From Candidatus Buchananbacteria bacterium (GTDB lineage Bacteria; Patescibacteriota; Patescibacteriia; 2-01-FULL-39-33): DNA of 58,549 bases. The notes beneath the pieces were generated by a model that saw only the letters and a list, made by a program, of their open reading frames with translations, had not been told where the DNA came from and searched no databases. The DNA lies in assembly GCA_030650095.1 (NCBI GenBank), contig JAUSEE010000031.1, forward strand, positions 1 through 58,549, written 5' to 3'. The position numbers and the translations under genes were made by a program. Shown in pieces: positions 38,819 to 49,269 of the stretch. Each line of letters begins with the position of its first letter. Positions within the stretch are counted from its first letter, which is position 1.

Positions 38819-39658
38819 TTATTGAATGAATTTAAAACTGTCGGCCATTTCATCATCAAAAGTGGTATAAGCATCGGTATTGTTGTTTTCATCATAAGTC
38901 ATGAAAAGAAAAGATTGGCCCAGATCCCAAATAGCTGCCCTTTTTAAGGTGGGCGAATATCTAATCACGAAACGAAAATTTATATGGCAATTGCTTTTCT
39001 CTAAATCCAAACCATCGCCATTAACTCGAACATCATAAGTATCATAACTGCCTATCTTACTTTTACTGCCAATAGAACAACCGCTGCCGTAGCGGCTTTT
39101 GATTAAAGAGGACAACTCTAAATCATTATTGACTGTTCTAACCATAATACCCCATTGTATGCCTTTGGTTTTATCAATATCGCTTAAATTACCTGCGCTT
39201 CTGGTTAAAATGTCGTTATAATCATAACTTGTCTTATAGGTAACATAAACGACATTTTCCGATTCAATGATTGTAATTTTTTCCGATGGAGTATTAACAT
39301 TTGATATTGTTTTTGGAATTTTAAGTGAAAAGCCTAAATCATTATTGGTATATAAATCCCAAGTTTGATCTATGCCAGTTATGGTTGAGTTACCACCTAT
39401 TGATTGATCACTATTATCCTGGTCTGTTTTTTCAGACAGTTCTTTTTGAGATTCAAGTAACAGTATTTGTAACCCATTTATTTTATTCTGCAGAAATCTA
39501 TAACTTACATTATTCCTATCAATGATTGTTTTTTGCCAAAAATAAACACCTCCGCCAAATAAGACCGCGGTAATAACTACACTAATAATAACTGCCAGCC
39601 AAATATTAATTGATCCTTTTCCAATTGGATTAAATTGCTGTTGATTTTGTTCTTCCAT
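38819..39658 (-). CDS. membrane-anchored surface protein, paralog 2
   Basis: First ~47 aa nearly identical to paralog 1; C-terminal domain unrelated. Confidence 0.8.
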   Translation of the reverse strand: MEEQNQQQFNPIGKGSINIWLAVIISVVITAVLFGGGVYFWQKTIIDRNNVSYRFLQNKINGLQILLLESQKELSEKTDQDNSDQSIGGNSTITGIDQTWDLYTNNDLGFSLKIPKTISNVNTPSEKITIIESENVVYVTYKTSYDYNDILTRSAGNLSDIDKTKGIQWGIMVRTVNNDLELSSLIKSRYGSGCSIGSKSKIGSYDTYDVRVNGDGLDLEKSNCHINFRFVIRYSPTLKRAAIWDLGQSFLFMTYDENNNTDAYTTFDDEMADSFKFIQ

Positions 39659-39668
39659 TATTTTATGA

Positions 39669-39986
39669 TTATTTTTTATCTTTATATTTTTTGAAGGGCA
39701 ACTTTTGTTGCCGGCCCAGAAGTTCTTTGGCCTTTTTTGTCCCCTCTTTAGTCAAAACAACCTCTTTGATAAACCATTTTTTGGCCGTTTTAATGCCCAC
39801 GCCCCTGATCAAGCCTCTTTTTATAAGCTTATCAACGCTTTTGGTAATGATATTAAGCTTATCTTCCTCGCTGGGGCTGATTTTTTGGCCAACATAAAAC
39901 CTCTTCAAAACAGCTTTGTTAACTGTATTCTTTTCACCCTCCAACCCTTTTTTCAGGATATATTTTTGCAAGCCAGAGAGCACCAT
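39669..39986 (-). CDS. hypothetical basic protein, winged-helix-like
   Basis: 105 aa; SVDKLIKRGLI...LTKEG wHTH-like pattern. Confidence 0.7.
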   Translation of the reverse strand: MVLSGLQKYILKKGLEGEKNTVNKAVLKRFYVGQKISPSEEDKLNIITKSVDKLIKRGLIRGVGIKTAKKWFIKEVVLTKEGTKKAKELLGRQQKLPFKKYKDKK

Positions 39987-40092
39987 AAAACTATAATTTA
40001 TGGTTATATTATACTAAAATAGTCATTTTAATACAAACTTGGCCACACTAAAACCGCTACCGATTAAATCGGGAGCGGTTTTAAATAGGTGA

Positions 40093-41874
40093 TTAATCTT
40101 CTTTAACTATTTTAATATGCAATTCTTCCAATTGTTTAGGCTCCACTTCGCTGGGGGCGTTTAACATAGCATCTCGGCCTTGGCCGTCTTTGGGGAAAGC
40201 ATAAATATCCCTAATGGACTCCCAATCATTTAAAACCATTAAAAGCCGATCAATACCAGGGGCATTGCCGCCATGGGGTGGAGCGCCATACTCAAAGGCT
40301 CTAATCATATGGCCGAATTTATCATCAACCTGCTTTTTGCTATAGCCGGCAAGTTCAAAGGCTTTATACATAATCTCTGGGTTGTGATTTCTAATCGCTC
40401 CAGAAGTCAGTTCGTAACCGTTTAAAACAAAATCATACTGATAGGCCAAAATATCCAATGGATTTTTGTTTTCCAGAGCTTCCAAGCCGCCTTGGGGCAT
40501 AGAAAAAGGGTTGTGGGCAAAATCCAGCTTACCATCCTCTTCATGATACATTGGAAAATCGGTAATCCAGGCCCAAGCAGCCTGATTATTGTCTTTCAAA
40601 CCCAGCATCTGGCCGCATTTGTCTCTAACCGCTCCCAAAGATTGAGAAGCCACCAGCCATTTATCAGCCGTAAAGAAAACTATATCGCCCGCTTGGGCTT
40701 CAACCGCTTTAATGATTTCAGCTGATTTTTCCTGGCTTAAGAATTTTAAAATGGGAGATTTCGGCCCTTCTTCCGCCATAATGATATAAGCCAAGCCTTT
40801 AGCTTTGTATGTTTTGGCAATTTCGGTTAACTCATCTATTTCTTTTCTAGAAAATTTAGCTCCGTCTTCAACTTTCAGCGCCTTAACCGCTCCGCCGCTT
40901 TTTATGGCCTCATCAAAAATACTAAAACCGCTATCGGTTGCCAAATCGGTTATATCCTTTAATTCCAAAGCAAACCTCAAATCCGGCTTGTCTGAGCCGT
41001 ATCTGTTTATAGAATCAATCCAGGGCAATTGGATAAAGCGGCCATTTTTGCCAAGATTAACAATTTTTTTATGGCTGAATTTTTCTGTTAATTCTATCAT
41101 TAAAGGTTCCATAATCTGGAAAATATCATCCTGCTCCACAAAACTCATTTCCATATCTAGTTGATAAAACTCGCCGAAATGCCTGTCGTTTCTGGGGTCT
41201 TCATCTCTAAAACAAGGGGCGATTTGAAAATACCTGTCCACGCCCGCCACCATCAAAAGTTGTTTGAACTGTTGTGGCGCCTGGGGCAGAGCATAAAACT
41301 TGCCTGGATAAAGCCTGGAGGGCACCAGCCAATCGCGAGCTCCTTCCGGAGAAGAGTTGGCTAAAATAGGAGTTTGGACTTCTCGAAAATCATGCTTATG
41401 AAAATAGGCTCTAATGTGGGTGATGAGATCATCTCTGACTTTTAACATTTCCTGCAATTTCGGACGACGCAAATCTATAAAACGATATTTAAGCCGTATA
41501 TTTTCTCCGGCCTCAAAGCCTTTTTCGGCGTTTACTTCAAAAGGCGGAGTTTTTGATTTGTTCAAAACATTAATGCCGGTAGCTTCGATTTCAATCTCGC
41601 CGGTAGAGATTTTTTTATTGATCATTTTTTCCGGCCGAACAGCTACTTTACCAGTCACTTGTATAACCCATTCGCTTCTAACTTCGTCGGCTAGCTTGGT
41701 AACTTTTTTTTCTGTTTCCGGATCAAAAGTGATTTGAGTTAAGCCGTAACGATCGCGTAAATCAATAAAAATAATTCCGCCATGATCGCGCCGGCTATTA
41801 ACCCAGCCCGACAAAGTGACTTCTTGGCCTTCATTTTTTTTAGTTAATTCGCCGCAGGTGTGTGTTCTAAGCAT
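40093..41874 (-). CDS. aspS: aspartate--tRNA ligase
   Basis: RTHTCGEL, RRDHGGIIFIDLRD, YALPQAPQQFKQ, YGAPPHGG motifs. Confidence 0.97.
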   Translation of the reverse strand: MLRTHTCGELTKKNEGQEVTLSGWVNSRRDHGGIIFIDLRDRYGLTQITFDPETEKKVTKLADEVRSEWVIQVTGKVAVRPEKMINKKISTGEIEIEATGINVLNKSKTPPFEVNAEKGFEAGENIRLKYRFIDLRRPKLQEMLKVRDDLITHIRAYFHKHDFREVQTPILANSSPEGARDWLVPSRLYPGKFYALPQAPQQFKQLLMVAGVDRYFQIAPCFRDEDPRNDRHFGEFYQLDMEMSFVEQDDIFQIMEPLMIELTEKFSHKKIVNLGKNGRFIQLPWIDSINRYGSDKPDLRFALELKDITDLATDSGFSIFDEAIKSGGAVKALKVEDGAKFSRKEIDELTEIAKTYKAKGLAYIIMAEEGPKSPILKFLSQEKSAEIIKAVEAQAGDIVFFTADKWLVASQSLGAVRDKCGQMLGLKDNNQAAWAWITDFPMYHEEDGKLDFAHNPFSMPQGGLEALENKNPLDILAYQYDFVLNGYELTSGAIRNHNPEIMYKAFELAGYSKKQVDDKFGHMIRAFEYGAPPHGGNAPGIDRLLMVLNDWESIRDIYAFPKDGQGRDAMLNAPSEVEPKQLEELHIKIVKED

Positions 41875-41890
41875 ATTATTATTATTTTAA

Positions 41891-42090
41891 ATAAAAAAGC
41901 CGAAACAGCTTTCCAAGAGCCTTAAACAGGCGGTGCCATCTCGGTATTTACTTAATTATGGCAATAACGGGCCTACCCGGCGAGTTCTACTGGCTCGGCT
42001 AAAAACCTGAATTAGATTTTTAACTTAACTTTCTTCCCGCGCCTTCTTTAGTGTTGGCTAAAGTAAAAACGGCTTTAAATAACTTGTCTC
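41891..42090 (-). promoter_or_regulatory. T-box-like leader of aspS
   Basis: Antiterminator GAGA-UGGCACC-GCC-loop-GGC-UCUU (41915-41942), downstream U tract, upstream TTGACT-17-TAAAAT promoter (42098-42126). Confidence 0.7.
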
Positions 42091-42176
42091 TGGGTTAATT
42101 TTAAGAAATAATCGACAATTAGTCAAGATTGACAAAAACAACTAATCGTATTTAAGTAAAAAATAATAACTTATAT

Positions 42177-42743
42177 CTAATCAAATAACTTGGACAACAT
42201 AACATAGCTTTTTACCTGCCGATCCGCTATTTCCGTAACAATCTTATTAAATTCCGCTATGAGCCCTTTTTGTTTGTTGGATTTTATTTCCGGCTTATAA
42301 CCCAAATGATCCAGAAGTTCAAAGATATTTTTATTTAAACACAGCAAATCATCCTGCTTGGACTTACCATCATCCAATAAGCTTAGGAACCTGGTTATTA
42401 TTTCAAAAACAACATCATCTTCAAAATCATATTTAATCAGTAAATTGACTACCTCTAAAAAATACAAAGCAATGATAGTCTTGGAAGTGCTGCTATTTAT
42501 ATTTTTATATTTCACTTCCAGCTGGGCGCCAGCTAATCTATTAAACGAAGCTCCTTTGGCAACCATGATCTTAACAACCGAGAAAAACTCCAAATGGGAA
42601 TTAAGTTTGGAAGTTATCTTCTTAGCCCCTCTTAAAATGGCCGAGATTTTGCCATGCCCAAGAGTATAAATAACAAATTTTGCATCGTAATCTTTGTGAT
42701 TATCTTTGTTTAAAATTACGCCATGAGTGAGATAGGTGGACAT
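42177..42743 (-). CDS. recO: DNA repair protein RecO (short form)
   Basis: D....IYT..HGKISAILRGAKKITSKL..HLE N-terminal OB signature. Confidence 0.9.
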   Translation of the reverse strand: MSTYLTHGVILNKDNHKDYDAKFVIYTLGHGKISAILRGAKKITSKLNSHLEFFSVVKIMVAKGASFNRLAGAQLEVKYKNINSSTSKTIIALYFLEVVNLLIKYDFEDDVVFEIITRFLSLLDDGKSKQDDLLCLNKNIFELLDHLGYKPEIKSNKQKGLIAEFNKIVTEIADRQVKSYVMLSKLFD

Positions 42744-43136
42744 TTATTTGCTGAAAGAATCAAAATAACCTTGCAGAATAAGCATAGCCGAAACATCATC
42801 ATCTTTGGATTTTCTTTTAGCTATTAACTTTTGCGCCTCCTGGGTGGAAAATCTTTCATCTTGCCCGATTATCTCCAAGCCGGTTTCAGTCCTAAGCTTA
42901 AAAATAAAATCTTCTATTTTTTTAATCTGCTCTGATTCAATGACCATAGGATTAACCGGCACGCCCACGATTATTTTTTCGATTCTTTCCTTTTCGCAAA
43001 CGCTTTTTATCTGATGAATGGCATTATTCCAGCCCAGGTTTTTGATAACGCCATAGGGCGTGGCTACGCCGCTTTCTATATCGCCGATAGCTAAGCCTAT
43101 CTTGGAATCGCCATAATCTATGCCTAATAATTTCAT
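42744..43136 (-). CDS. ruvX: pre-16S rRNA nuclease YqgF/RuvX
   Basis: LGIDYG..KIGLA, DERFST, DDVSAMLILQ motifs. Confidence 0.93.
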   Translation of the reverse strand: MKLLGIDYGDSKIGLAIGDIESGVATPYGVIKNLGWNNAIHQIKSVCEKERIEKIIVGVPVNPMVIESEQIKKIEDFIFKLRTETGLEIIGQDERFSTQEAQKLIAKRKSKDDDVSAMLILQGYFDSFSK

Positions 43137-43137
43137 A

Positions 43138-43905
43138 TTATTTAGTAATTATTTCGTATCCTTTATCAGTTACTACTATGGTATGCTCAAAATGAGCCGA
43201 GATGCTCTTGTCATGGGTTACTATGGTCCAGCCATCTTCCAGACTGTCAACCTCCCAACCACCGACATTAACCATAGGCTCAATAGCCAAAACCATGCCT
43301 TCTTTTAACTCTATATCGGGAACGCTGCGGTCAAAAAAATTAGGAATCTGGGGGTCTTCATGAGCACTGTAGCCAACACCATGTCCCACCAGTTGACGCA
43401 CTACTGAAAAACCATTTTTTTCCACATGCTCTTCAATGGCTTTGGATATATCAGAAATATGACGACCGGGTTTGATTTGCTTTATACCTTTCATCAATGA
43501 TTCATAAGTCACCGAAACCAATTTGCTTAAGCCCTCTTTGGCTCGCCCGACAATTATGGTCCTGGCCATATCGGTAAATAAGCCTTGATACTCCAAACCG
43601 CAATCAATGCCCACAATATCGCCCTCTTTGATAATTCTGTTGGGCACCGGCAGGCCGTGAACAACCTCCTCATTTATAGAAACGCATAAGGCTGAAGGAT
43701 AAACGCTATCGGCCCAAGCCGCCTTGTAACCCTTGAAGCTGGGCCGTCCACCTTTTTGCTTGATGAGGTTTTCCGCCAATTGGGTGAGTTTTTCGGTAGA
43801 AGCTCCTGGTTTAACTTCTTTGGCCACTTCACTTAAAACCCACGACAAAACATGCCCGCCCAAGCGGAGTTTTTCTATATCTGATTTAGTTTTTAATCTG
43901 ATCAT
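43138..43905 (-). CDS. map: methionine aminopeptidase type I
   Basis: CVSINEEVVHG, GHGVG..HEDP, AIEPM, SAHFEHT. Confidence 0.97.
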   Translation of the reverse strand: MIRLKTKSDIEKLRLGGHVLSWVLSEVAKEVKPGASTEKLTQLAENLIKQKGGRPSFKGYKAAWADSVYPSALCVSINEEVVHGLPVPNRIIKEGDIVGIDCGLEYQGLFTDMARTIIVGRAKEGLSKLVSVTYESLMKGIKQIKPGRHISDISKAIEEHVEKNGFSVVRQLVGHGVGYSAHEDPQIPNFFDRSVPDIELKEGMVLAIEPMVNVGGWEVDSLEDGWTIVTHDKSISAHFEHTIVVTDKGYEIITK

Positions 43906-43946
43906 GGAATTATTATATAGAAATAAACGATGACTGACTATTTTTA

Positions 43947-44621
43947 CTACAAATTAATTTTGCTTCTTAAATCATCTACCAAATATTTAATCGTATCCTG
44001 GAAGACTTTCTCAATATGCTGATCGCCGTTAACTTTAATCAATTTATTCTGCTCTTGATAGTAATTTAAAATAGGATCATTATTCTTATGGTAAATTTCC
44101 AGGCGATCTTTTATTTTCTCCGGCGTATCGTCATCCCTAACATAAAGCGCTTCACTGCAAACATCACAAATGCCATCCACTTTAGTGGGCGAATACTTGA
44201 TATGCCAACTATGTCCGTTTTTGCAAGTCCGACGGCCTGATATCCTTTCAATGATAACCTCATCTTTAATTTCAATTAAAAAAACATAATCAATATTAGA
44301 AATACCATCTAAAAATTTAACTTGTTCCTCGGTTCGAGGAAAGCCGTCTAAAATATAGCCAACTTGGCAATCGTCTTTTTTAATTCTTTCTGATACCATT
44401 TGATTAACCAGTTCATCAGACACCAACCGGCCGTTATCAATTAAATCAGCAATCTGTTTAGCTAAATGATTATCTGAGTCCGCTTTTATCTCCCTTAGTA
44501 AATGACCGGTGGAAATATGAGGAATAGTAAAAGTATCGGCTAATAACTTAGCTTGCGTGCCCTTGCCTGAGGCCGGCGGACCAAATAGAATGATTTCAAA
44601 CGGCTTGTTGTTTTTGCTCAT
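43947..44621 (-). CDS. adk: adenylate kinase
   Basis: GPPASGKGTQ, ILDGFPRT, lid RDDD. Confidence 0.97.
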   Translation of the reverse strand: MSKNNKPFEIILFGPPASGKGTQAKLLADTFTIPHISTGHLLREIKADSDNHLAKQIADLIDNGRLVSDELVNQMVSERIKKDDCQVGYILDGFPRTEEQVKFLDGISNIDYVFLIEIKDEVIIERISGRRTCKNGHSWHIKYSPTKVDGICDVCSEALYVRDDDTPEKIKDRLEIYHKNNDPILNYYQEQNKLIKVNGDQHIEKVFQDTIKYLVDDLRSKINL

Positions 44622-44729
44622 AAAGACATTTTACATAATTAATTACTAATCTATTTTAACTTATTTTGAAGAATAAAAAAAGGTAAAAACGTGGGAGTAC
44701 CGCGTTTTTACCATATAAACAAATAAACT

Positions 44730-46004
44730 TTATATTTCTTCGTAATCCCTCATTGACAATTGGGCATTAATCTGGTTAAACATTTCAATGACAACCGAAA
44801 CTACGATAAGTAAACTGGTACCTCCAACCACTAACGATTGAGTATTGGTAATTTGAGCCGTAACTAGGGGTAAAATAGCAATAATGCCCAAAAACAAAGC
44901 ACCAGTAAAGACTATTCTGGTAACTATTTTCTGCAAATAAGCGGCCGTATTTTTACCCGGTCTTATGCCTGGGACAAAGCCACCTTGCTTTTGCAAGTTT
45001 TCAGCAATCTGATCCGGATGGAAAATAACCGCAGTATAAAAATAAGTGAAAGCCACCACCATGACAAAATATATAATGCCATAAAAAAGTTGATTTTGGA
45101 AAAGTTGAACCACCCATTGGGAAGCCGCAGCGATCCAATCGGTTTTAACTCTCAAAAAAAGCTGGGCGATTATTGGCGGAAACATCACCATGGCAATGGC
45201 AAAGATAATCGGAATAACACCCGCCTGGTTAACCCGAAGTGGCAAATGGGTATCTACGCCGCCATAAACTTTATTGCCCCTTATTCTCCTGGCATAAGAC
45301 ACCGGAATATTCCTTTGACCTTCAGTAATAATAACTACGCCGATTATGGTAACAAGAGCAATGGCAGCGAATATAACCATGTTAATTATTTGCGCCTGAT
45401 CATAAGTATAAAGAGTGCTGCCCACGCTAGTTGGCAAAGCTGATATAATGCCGGCAAAAATAAGCAGCGAAATGCCGTTGCCGATATGCTTTTCCGAAAT
45501 CAATTCTCCTATCCACATCAAAAATATAGTACCGGCTGTGATGGTTAACATCGCCACAAAAATATCCCAGGAAGTGAAATTAGGCAGAACATTAACGGCT
45601 GATTGCCTAAGCAGGGTAATGGTGGCAAAAGATTGGAAGAAAGCCAAAGGAATTGTTAGCCATCTGGTCCATTTATTTATTTTATTACGGCCATACTCGC
45701 CTTCCTTGGAAATTTCTTCCAATTTAGGCACCACCATAGTCAGGAGTTGGAAAATAATGGAAGCGGTGATATAAGGCGCAATGCCCAACATGACAATAGA
45801 AAAATTTTCCATGCTGCCGCCGGAAAAAACATTAATTAATCCTAAAAACTGATTGCTCTGGAAAAGATTCTTAAGAGCCACGGTATCAACACCCGGTATT
45901 GGAATATGAGCAGCTATCCTAAAAATTATAAGCATAGCCAAAACGAACAAAATGCTTTTCCTTAAATCTTTAATCTTCCAAATTTGGATGATTTTATTCC
46001 ACAT
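44730..46004 (-). CDS. secY: preprotein translocase subunit SecY
   Basis: LGIAPYITASII, IGNGISLLIF, GVIPIIFA, PGIRPG. Confidence 0.98.
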   Translation of the reverse strand: MWNKIIQIWKIKDLRKSILFVLAMLIIFRIAAHIPIPGVDTVALKNLFQSNQFLGLINVFSGGSMENFSIVMLGIAPYITASIIFQLLTMVVPKLEEISKEGEYGRNKINKWTRWLTIPLAFFQSFATITLLRQSAVNVLPNFTSWDIFVAMLTITAGTIFLMWIGELISEKHIGNGISLLIFAGIISALPTSVGSTLYTYDQAQIINMVIFAAIALVTIIGVVIITEGQRNIPVSYARRIRGNKVYGGVDTHLPLRVNQAGVIPIIFAIAMVMFPPIIAQLFLRVKTDWIAAASQWVVQLFQNQLFYGIIYFVMVVAFTYFYTAVIFHPDQIAENLQKQGGFVPGIRPGKNTAAYLQKIVTRIVFTGALFLGIIAILPLVTAQITNTQSLVVGGTSLLIVVSVVIEMFNQINAQLSMRDYEEI

Positions 46005-46068
46005 ATTTTATGGGTTAATTTTCTGGAGTAAAATTTCTAACCAGAAAAAATATATTTATTTGTAAAAT

Positions 46069-46515
46069 TTATTTAACGATAATTTCTGCCTGACCGCCGG
46101 CTTTTTCAATAGCCGCTTTAGCTGAAGCAGAGAAAGCATTAGCTGAGACGCTTATTTTTTTGGACAATTTTCCAGAACCCAAGACCTTAACTCCGTTTTT
46201 AGCGGAAGTGATCAGGCCTGTTTTAATCAGTTCTTTGGCTGTAACTTTATCACCCTCTTTAAAAATTTTATCCAAATCAGACAAATTAACAACAGCCAAC
46301 TTGGCTTTTAAACTCTTAAAGCCGCGTGATTTGGGAACTCTTTGCATAGTTTGTTTGAAACCCAAAGCTTTCAAACCGGATCGTCCTCCGCTTCTGGCTT
46401 TTTGTCCTTTCATGCCTTTGCCTGAATAAGAACCGCGTTTGCCGCCTCGGCCGACACGCTTTCTTCTTTTAGTGGAGCCTTGGGCCGGTTTTAAATTTGA
46501 TAAAGTTAAATTCAT
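46069..46515 (-). CDS. rplO: 50S ribosomal protein L15
   Basis: RVGRG...KGQKARSG, KVLGSG; synteny. Confidence 0.96.
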   Translation of the reverse strand: MNLTLSNLKPAQGSTKRRKRVGRGGKRGSYSGKGMKGQKARSGGRSGLKALGFKQTMQRVPKSRGFKSLKAKLAVVNLSDLDKIFKEGDKVTAKELIKTGLITSAKNGVKVLGSGKLSKKISVSANAFSASAKAAIEKAGGQAEIIVK

Positions 46516-46535
46516 AATATTTTAGTATATAGATA

Positions 46536-47087
46536 TTATTTTTTATCCTCTTGGATTATTTCTTCATCTTTAGGCTTGGCTGGAACATTCTCTGTTTTCA
46601 CTTTACGATTAACTTTTTTTAGAGAACTAAGGGCTTTAATGGTAGCGTCCACATTATTAACCTTGCTATTGGTGCCCATGATTTTAGAAACAACATTTTT
46701 AACACCGGCCAGTTCCAAAACTATTCGGACAGCGCCGCCGGAAATAATACCGGTACCTTCGGGAGCTGGTTTCAAGAACACTTTAGCAGCGCCAACTTTG
46801 ACATAAATCTCATGAGCGATAGTGCCGCTGGAAACATCCACTTTAATCAAGTTCTTTTCCGCTTTCGCCACTGCTTTGCTGACAGCCAAGGAAACATCTT
46901 TGCCTTTGGCCAAACCAACGCCAACCCGGCCCTTTTTATCGCCAATCACAACGCAGGCCCTAAAGCGCATTCTTTTTCCGCCGGCCATAACCCTGGTAAC
47001 ACGAGCCAAATCAACAATCTGCTGTTCGAATTCAGGCTGTTCTTTTTTGGGTCTCATTTTTCTCTTGTGGTTATCTTTTTCTGCCAT
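46536..47087 (-). CDS. rpsE: 30S ribosomal protein S5
   Basis: RVTRVMAGGKRMRF, PAPEGTGII. Confidence 0.97.
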   Translation of the reverse strand: MAEKDNHKRKMRPKKEQPEFEQQIVDLARVTRVMAGGKRMRFRACVVIGDKKGRVGVGLAKGKDVSLAVSKAVAKAEKNLIKVDVSSGTIAHEIYVKVGAAKVFLKPAPEGTGIISGGAVRIVLELAGVKNVVSKIMGTNSKVNNVDATIKALSSLKKVNRKVKTENVPAKPKDEEIIQEDKK

Positions 47088-47101
47088 ATTATCTTTAAAA
47101 A

Positions 47102-47458
47102 TTAAATTTTTAGTCCGGCTGCTCTAGCGCCTTCAGCTATAGCCTTAACTCGGCCATGATACTTAAACATGCCCCTGTCAAAAACTGCTTTTTCTATTTT
47201 TTTAGCCAAGGCTTTTTGGGCGATTAATTTGCCGACGACAGCCGCTTTTTCAGTTTTTGTTTTTCCTTCTTTAACATCTGCATCACTAGCGCTAACTAGG
47301 GTTTTACCGCTTTGATCATCAATAAGCTGGGCATAAATATGATTTAAGCTTCGATAAACCGAAAGCCTGGGACAATCAGGAGTTCCAAAAACTTTGGCTC
47401 TAACTCTTTTGTGCCTTCTGGCTCTAGCTTCATTTTTTATTTTCTGTGACTTTTTCAT
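47102..47458 (-). CDS. rplR: 50S ribosomal protein L18
   Basis: [25 protein letters not shown]; ATG 47458 preferred. Confidence 0.96.
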   Translation of the reverse strand: MKKSQKIKNEARARRHKRVRAKVFGTPDCPRLSVYRSLNHIYAQLIDDQSGKTLVSASDADVKEGKTKTEKAAVVGKLIAQKALAKKIEKAVFDRGMFKYHGRVKAIAEGARAAGLKI

Positions 47459-47481
47459 ATTATACTTAAACTTCAATTAAT

Positions 47482-48024
47482 TTATTCTTTACCCGCTGCC
47501 TTACCGGCCTTCTTTCTTACTTCTTCACCGGTATACCTGATGCCTTTGCCTTTATACGGCTCTGGTTTTTTTATTTTTCTGATTTGAGCAGCCACTTCTC
47601 CGACTAATTGCTTATCAATGCCGGAAACATTTATGGTGTTACCTTCGGTTTTGACTTCTATGCCGTCAGGGATATTATATTCCACCGGATGAGAAAATCC
47701 AACATTCAAAACTAATTTCTTACCCACAGCATTGGCTTTAAAGCCCACGCCATTGATTTCCATTTGCTTGGAAAAACCAACTGTAACGCCTAAAACCATG
47801 TTATCCAACAAACTGGCGAAAAGACCCCAAAGAGACCTTTGTTGCTTGTTATTTTCGTCTTGTACCTTAACGGTAAGAAAGCCACCTGCGATTTCAACTG
47901 AAACAACTGGATGAAGCTCTTGCTTTAAGAGCCCCTTTGGACCTTTGACACTAACAACTCGGCCGTCGATCTTAACTTCAACGCTGCTAGGAATTTTAAT
48001 TTGTTGTTTTCCGACTCTGCTCAT
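47482..48024 (-). CDS. rplF: 50S ribosomal protein L6
   Basis: MSRVGK, PEPYKGKGIRY. Confidence 0.97.
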   Translation of the reverse strand: MSRVGKQQIKIPSSVEVKIDGRVVSVKGPKGLLKQELHPVVSVEIAGGFLTVKVQDENNKQQRSLWGLFASLLDNMVLGVTVGFSKQMEINGVGFKANAVGKKLVLNVGFSHPVEYNIPDGIEVKTEGNTINVSGIDKQLVGEVAAQIRKIKKPEPYKGKGIRYTGEEVRKKAGKAAGKE

Positions 48025-48029
48025 ATTAT

Positions 48030-48431
48030 TTAGTAAATTTCACAAATAATTTCTCCGCCCAATCCTAGCTTCTTGGCTTTTTTATTGGTCATAATACCCT
48101 GGGAAGTAGATAAAATAGCAATGCCCAGATTGTTTAAAACTTTAGGCAAATTATCGCTCGTGGCATAAATCCTTCTGCCCGGCTTGGAAATCTTTTTAAT
48201 ACTAGTGATAGCCGAACTGCCGTCTTCATATCTCAAATCAACTTCAAGACCGCCAAACTTCTGATCATTTGATCCCGGCTTGATTTCATTGAAACTAGAA
48301 ATAAATCCTTCAGATTTTAAAATCTTAAGAATTTCCAATTTTATTTTGGAAAACGGAACATACACCTGCTTTTTCTTAACAGCAGAGGCATTTCTGATTC
48401 TAGTTAGCATGTCAGCAATTGGATCTGTCAT
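48030..48431 (-). CDS. rpsH: 30S ribosomal protein S8
   Basis: DPIADMLTRIRN, SKPGRRIY. Confidence 0.97.
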   Translation of the reverse strand: MTDPIADMLTRIRNASAVKKKQVYVPFSKIKLEILKILKSEGFISSFNEIKPGSNDQKFGGLEVDLRYEDGSSAITSIKKISKPGRRIYATSDNLPKVLNNLGIAILSTSQGIMTNKKAKKLGLGGEIICEIY

Positions 48432-48468
48432 ATTTCAATATTAAAAGTTATTTTAAATTTATAATTAA

Positions 48469-48654
48469 TTACCAAGACGATTTAGTGACTCCGGGAATCT
48501 GGCCATTGGTGGCTAATTCTCTAAAGCAGATACGGCATAAATTGAATTGCCTCATATAGCCATGCCTTCGTCCGCAACGCCAACAACGGTTAATCGTTCG
48601 TGTTGATTGACTTGGTGTTCTTTTTGATTTTGCGATTTGCGCTTTAGTTGCCAT
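48469..48654 (-). CDS. rpsN: 30S ribosomal protein S14 (Zn-binding type Z)
   Basis: RCWRCGR...LCRICFRE...PGVTKSSW. Confidence 0.96.
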   Translation of the reverse strand: MATKAQIAKSKRTPSQSTRTINRCWRCGRRHGYMRQFNLCRICFRELATNGQIPGVTKSSW

Positions 48655-48705
48655 ATCTTTATTAATCGGCGGGAAACAGCCCTAGAGAACCATTTCCGGC
48701 TTACT

Positions 48706-49260
48706 TTAATTATCTATATTTTTCTTAAATGGAAATCCTAATGTTTTAAACAGCTCCAAACCTTCTTCATAGGTTTTAGCGGAAGTGGTTATAGAAATTT
48801 CCAAACCATAAATCCTTTCGACTTCATCAGATTTTATTTCTGGAAAAACATTATGTTCTTTAAGACCCAGGGTTAAATTTCCCTGTTTATCAATATTTTT
48901 AGGATCCAAACCTCTAAAATCCCTAATTCTAGGAATAGCCACTAACACCAATTTATCTAGAAAATCATACATCCTCTGTCCGCGCATTGTAACCTTGGCG
49001 CCCACCACCATGCCTTCTCTTATTTTGAAAGCGGAAATCGCTTTTTTAGCTTTGGTTTTAATTGGTTTCTGGCCGGTGATTCTGGTTAGAATATTTTCAA
49101 TATTATCGGCGTAGTTGCTTTCAGAATTTCTGGCATTAATGCCAATATTAACACTTACCTTTTCCACCTTAGGCACAGCATTGCTATTCTTATAATCAAA
49201 CTTGGCCTTAAGCGCAGGAATGGAGTCAGTTTGATATTTTTGATATAATATTGATTTCAT
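48706..49260 (-). CDS. rplE: 50S ribosomal protein L5
   Basis: ITGQKP, PRIRDFRG. Confidence 0.97.
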   Translation of the reverse strand: MKSILYQKYQTDSIPALKAKFDYKNSNAVPKVEKVSVNIGINARNSESNYADNIENILTRITGQKPIKTKAKKAISAFKIREGMVVGAKVTMRGQRMYDFLDKLVLVAIPRIRDFRGLDPKNIDKQGNLTLGLKEHNVFPEIKSDEVERIYGLEISITTSAKTYEEGLELFKTLGFPFKKNIDN

Positions 49261-49269
49261 AAGTATTAT

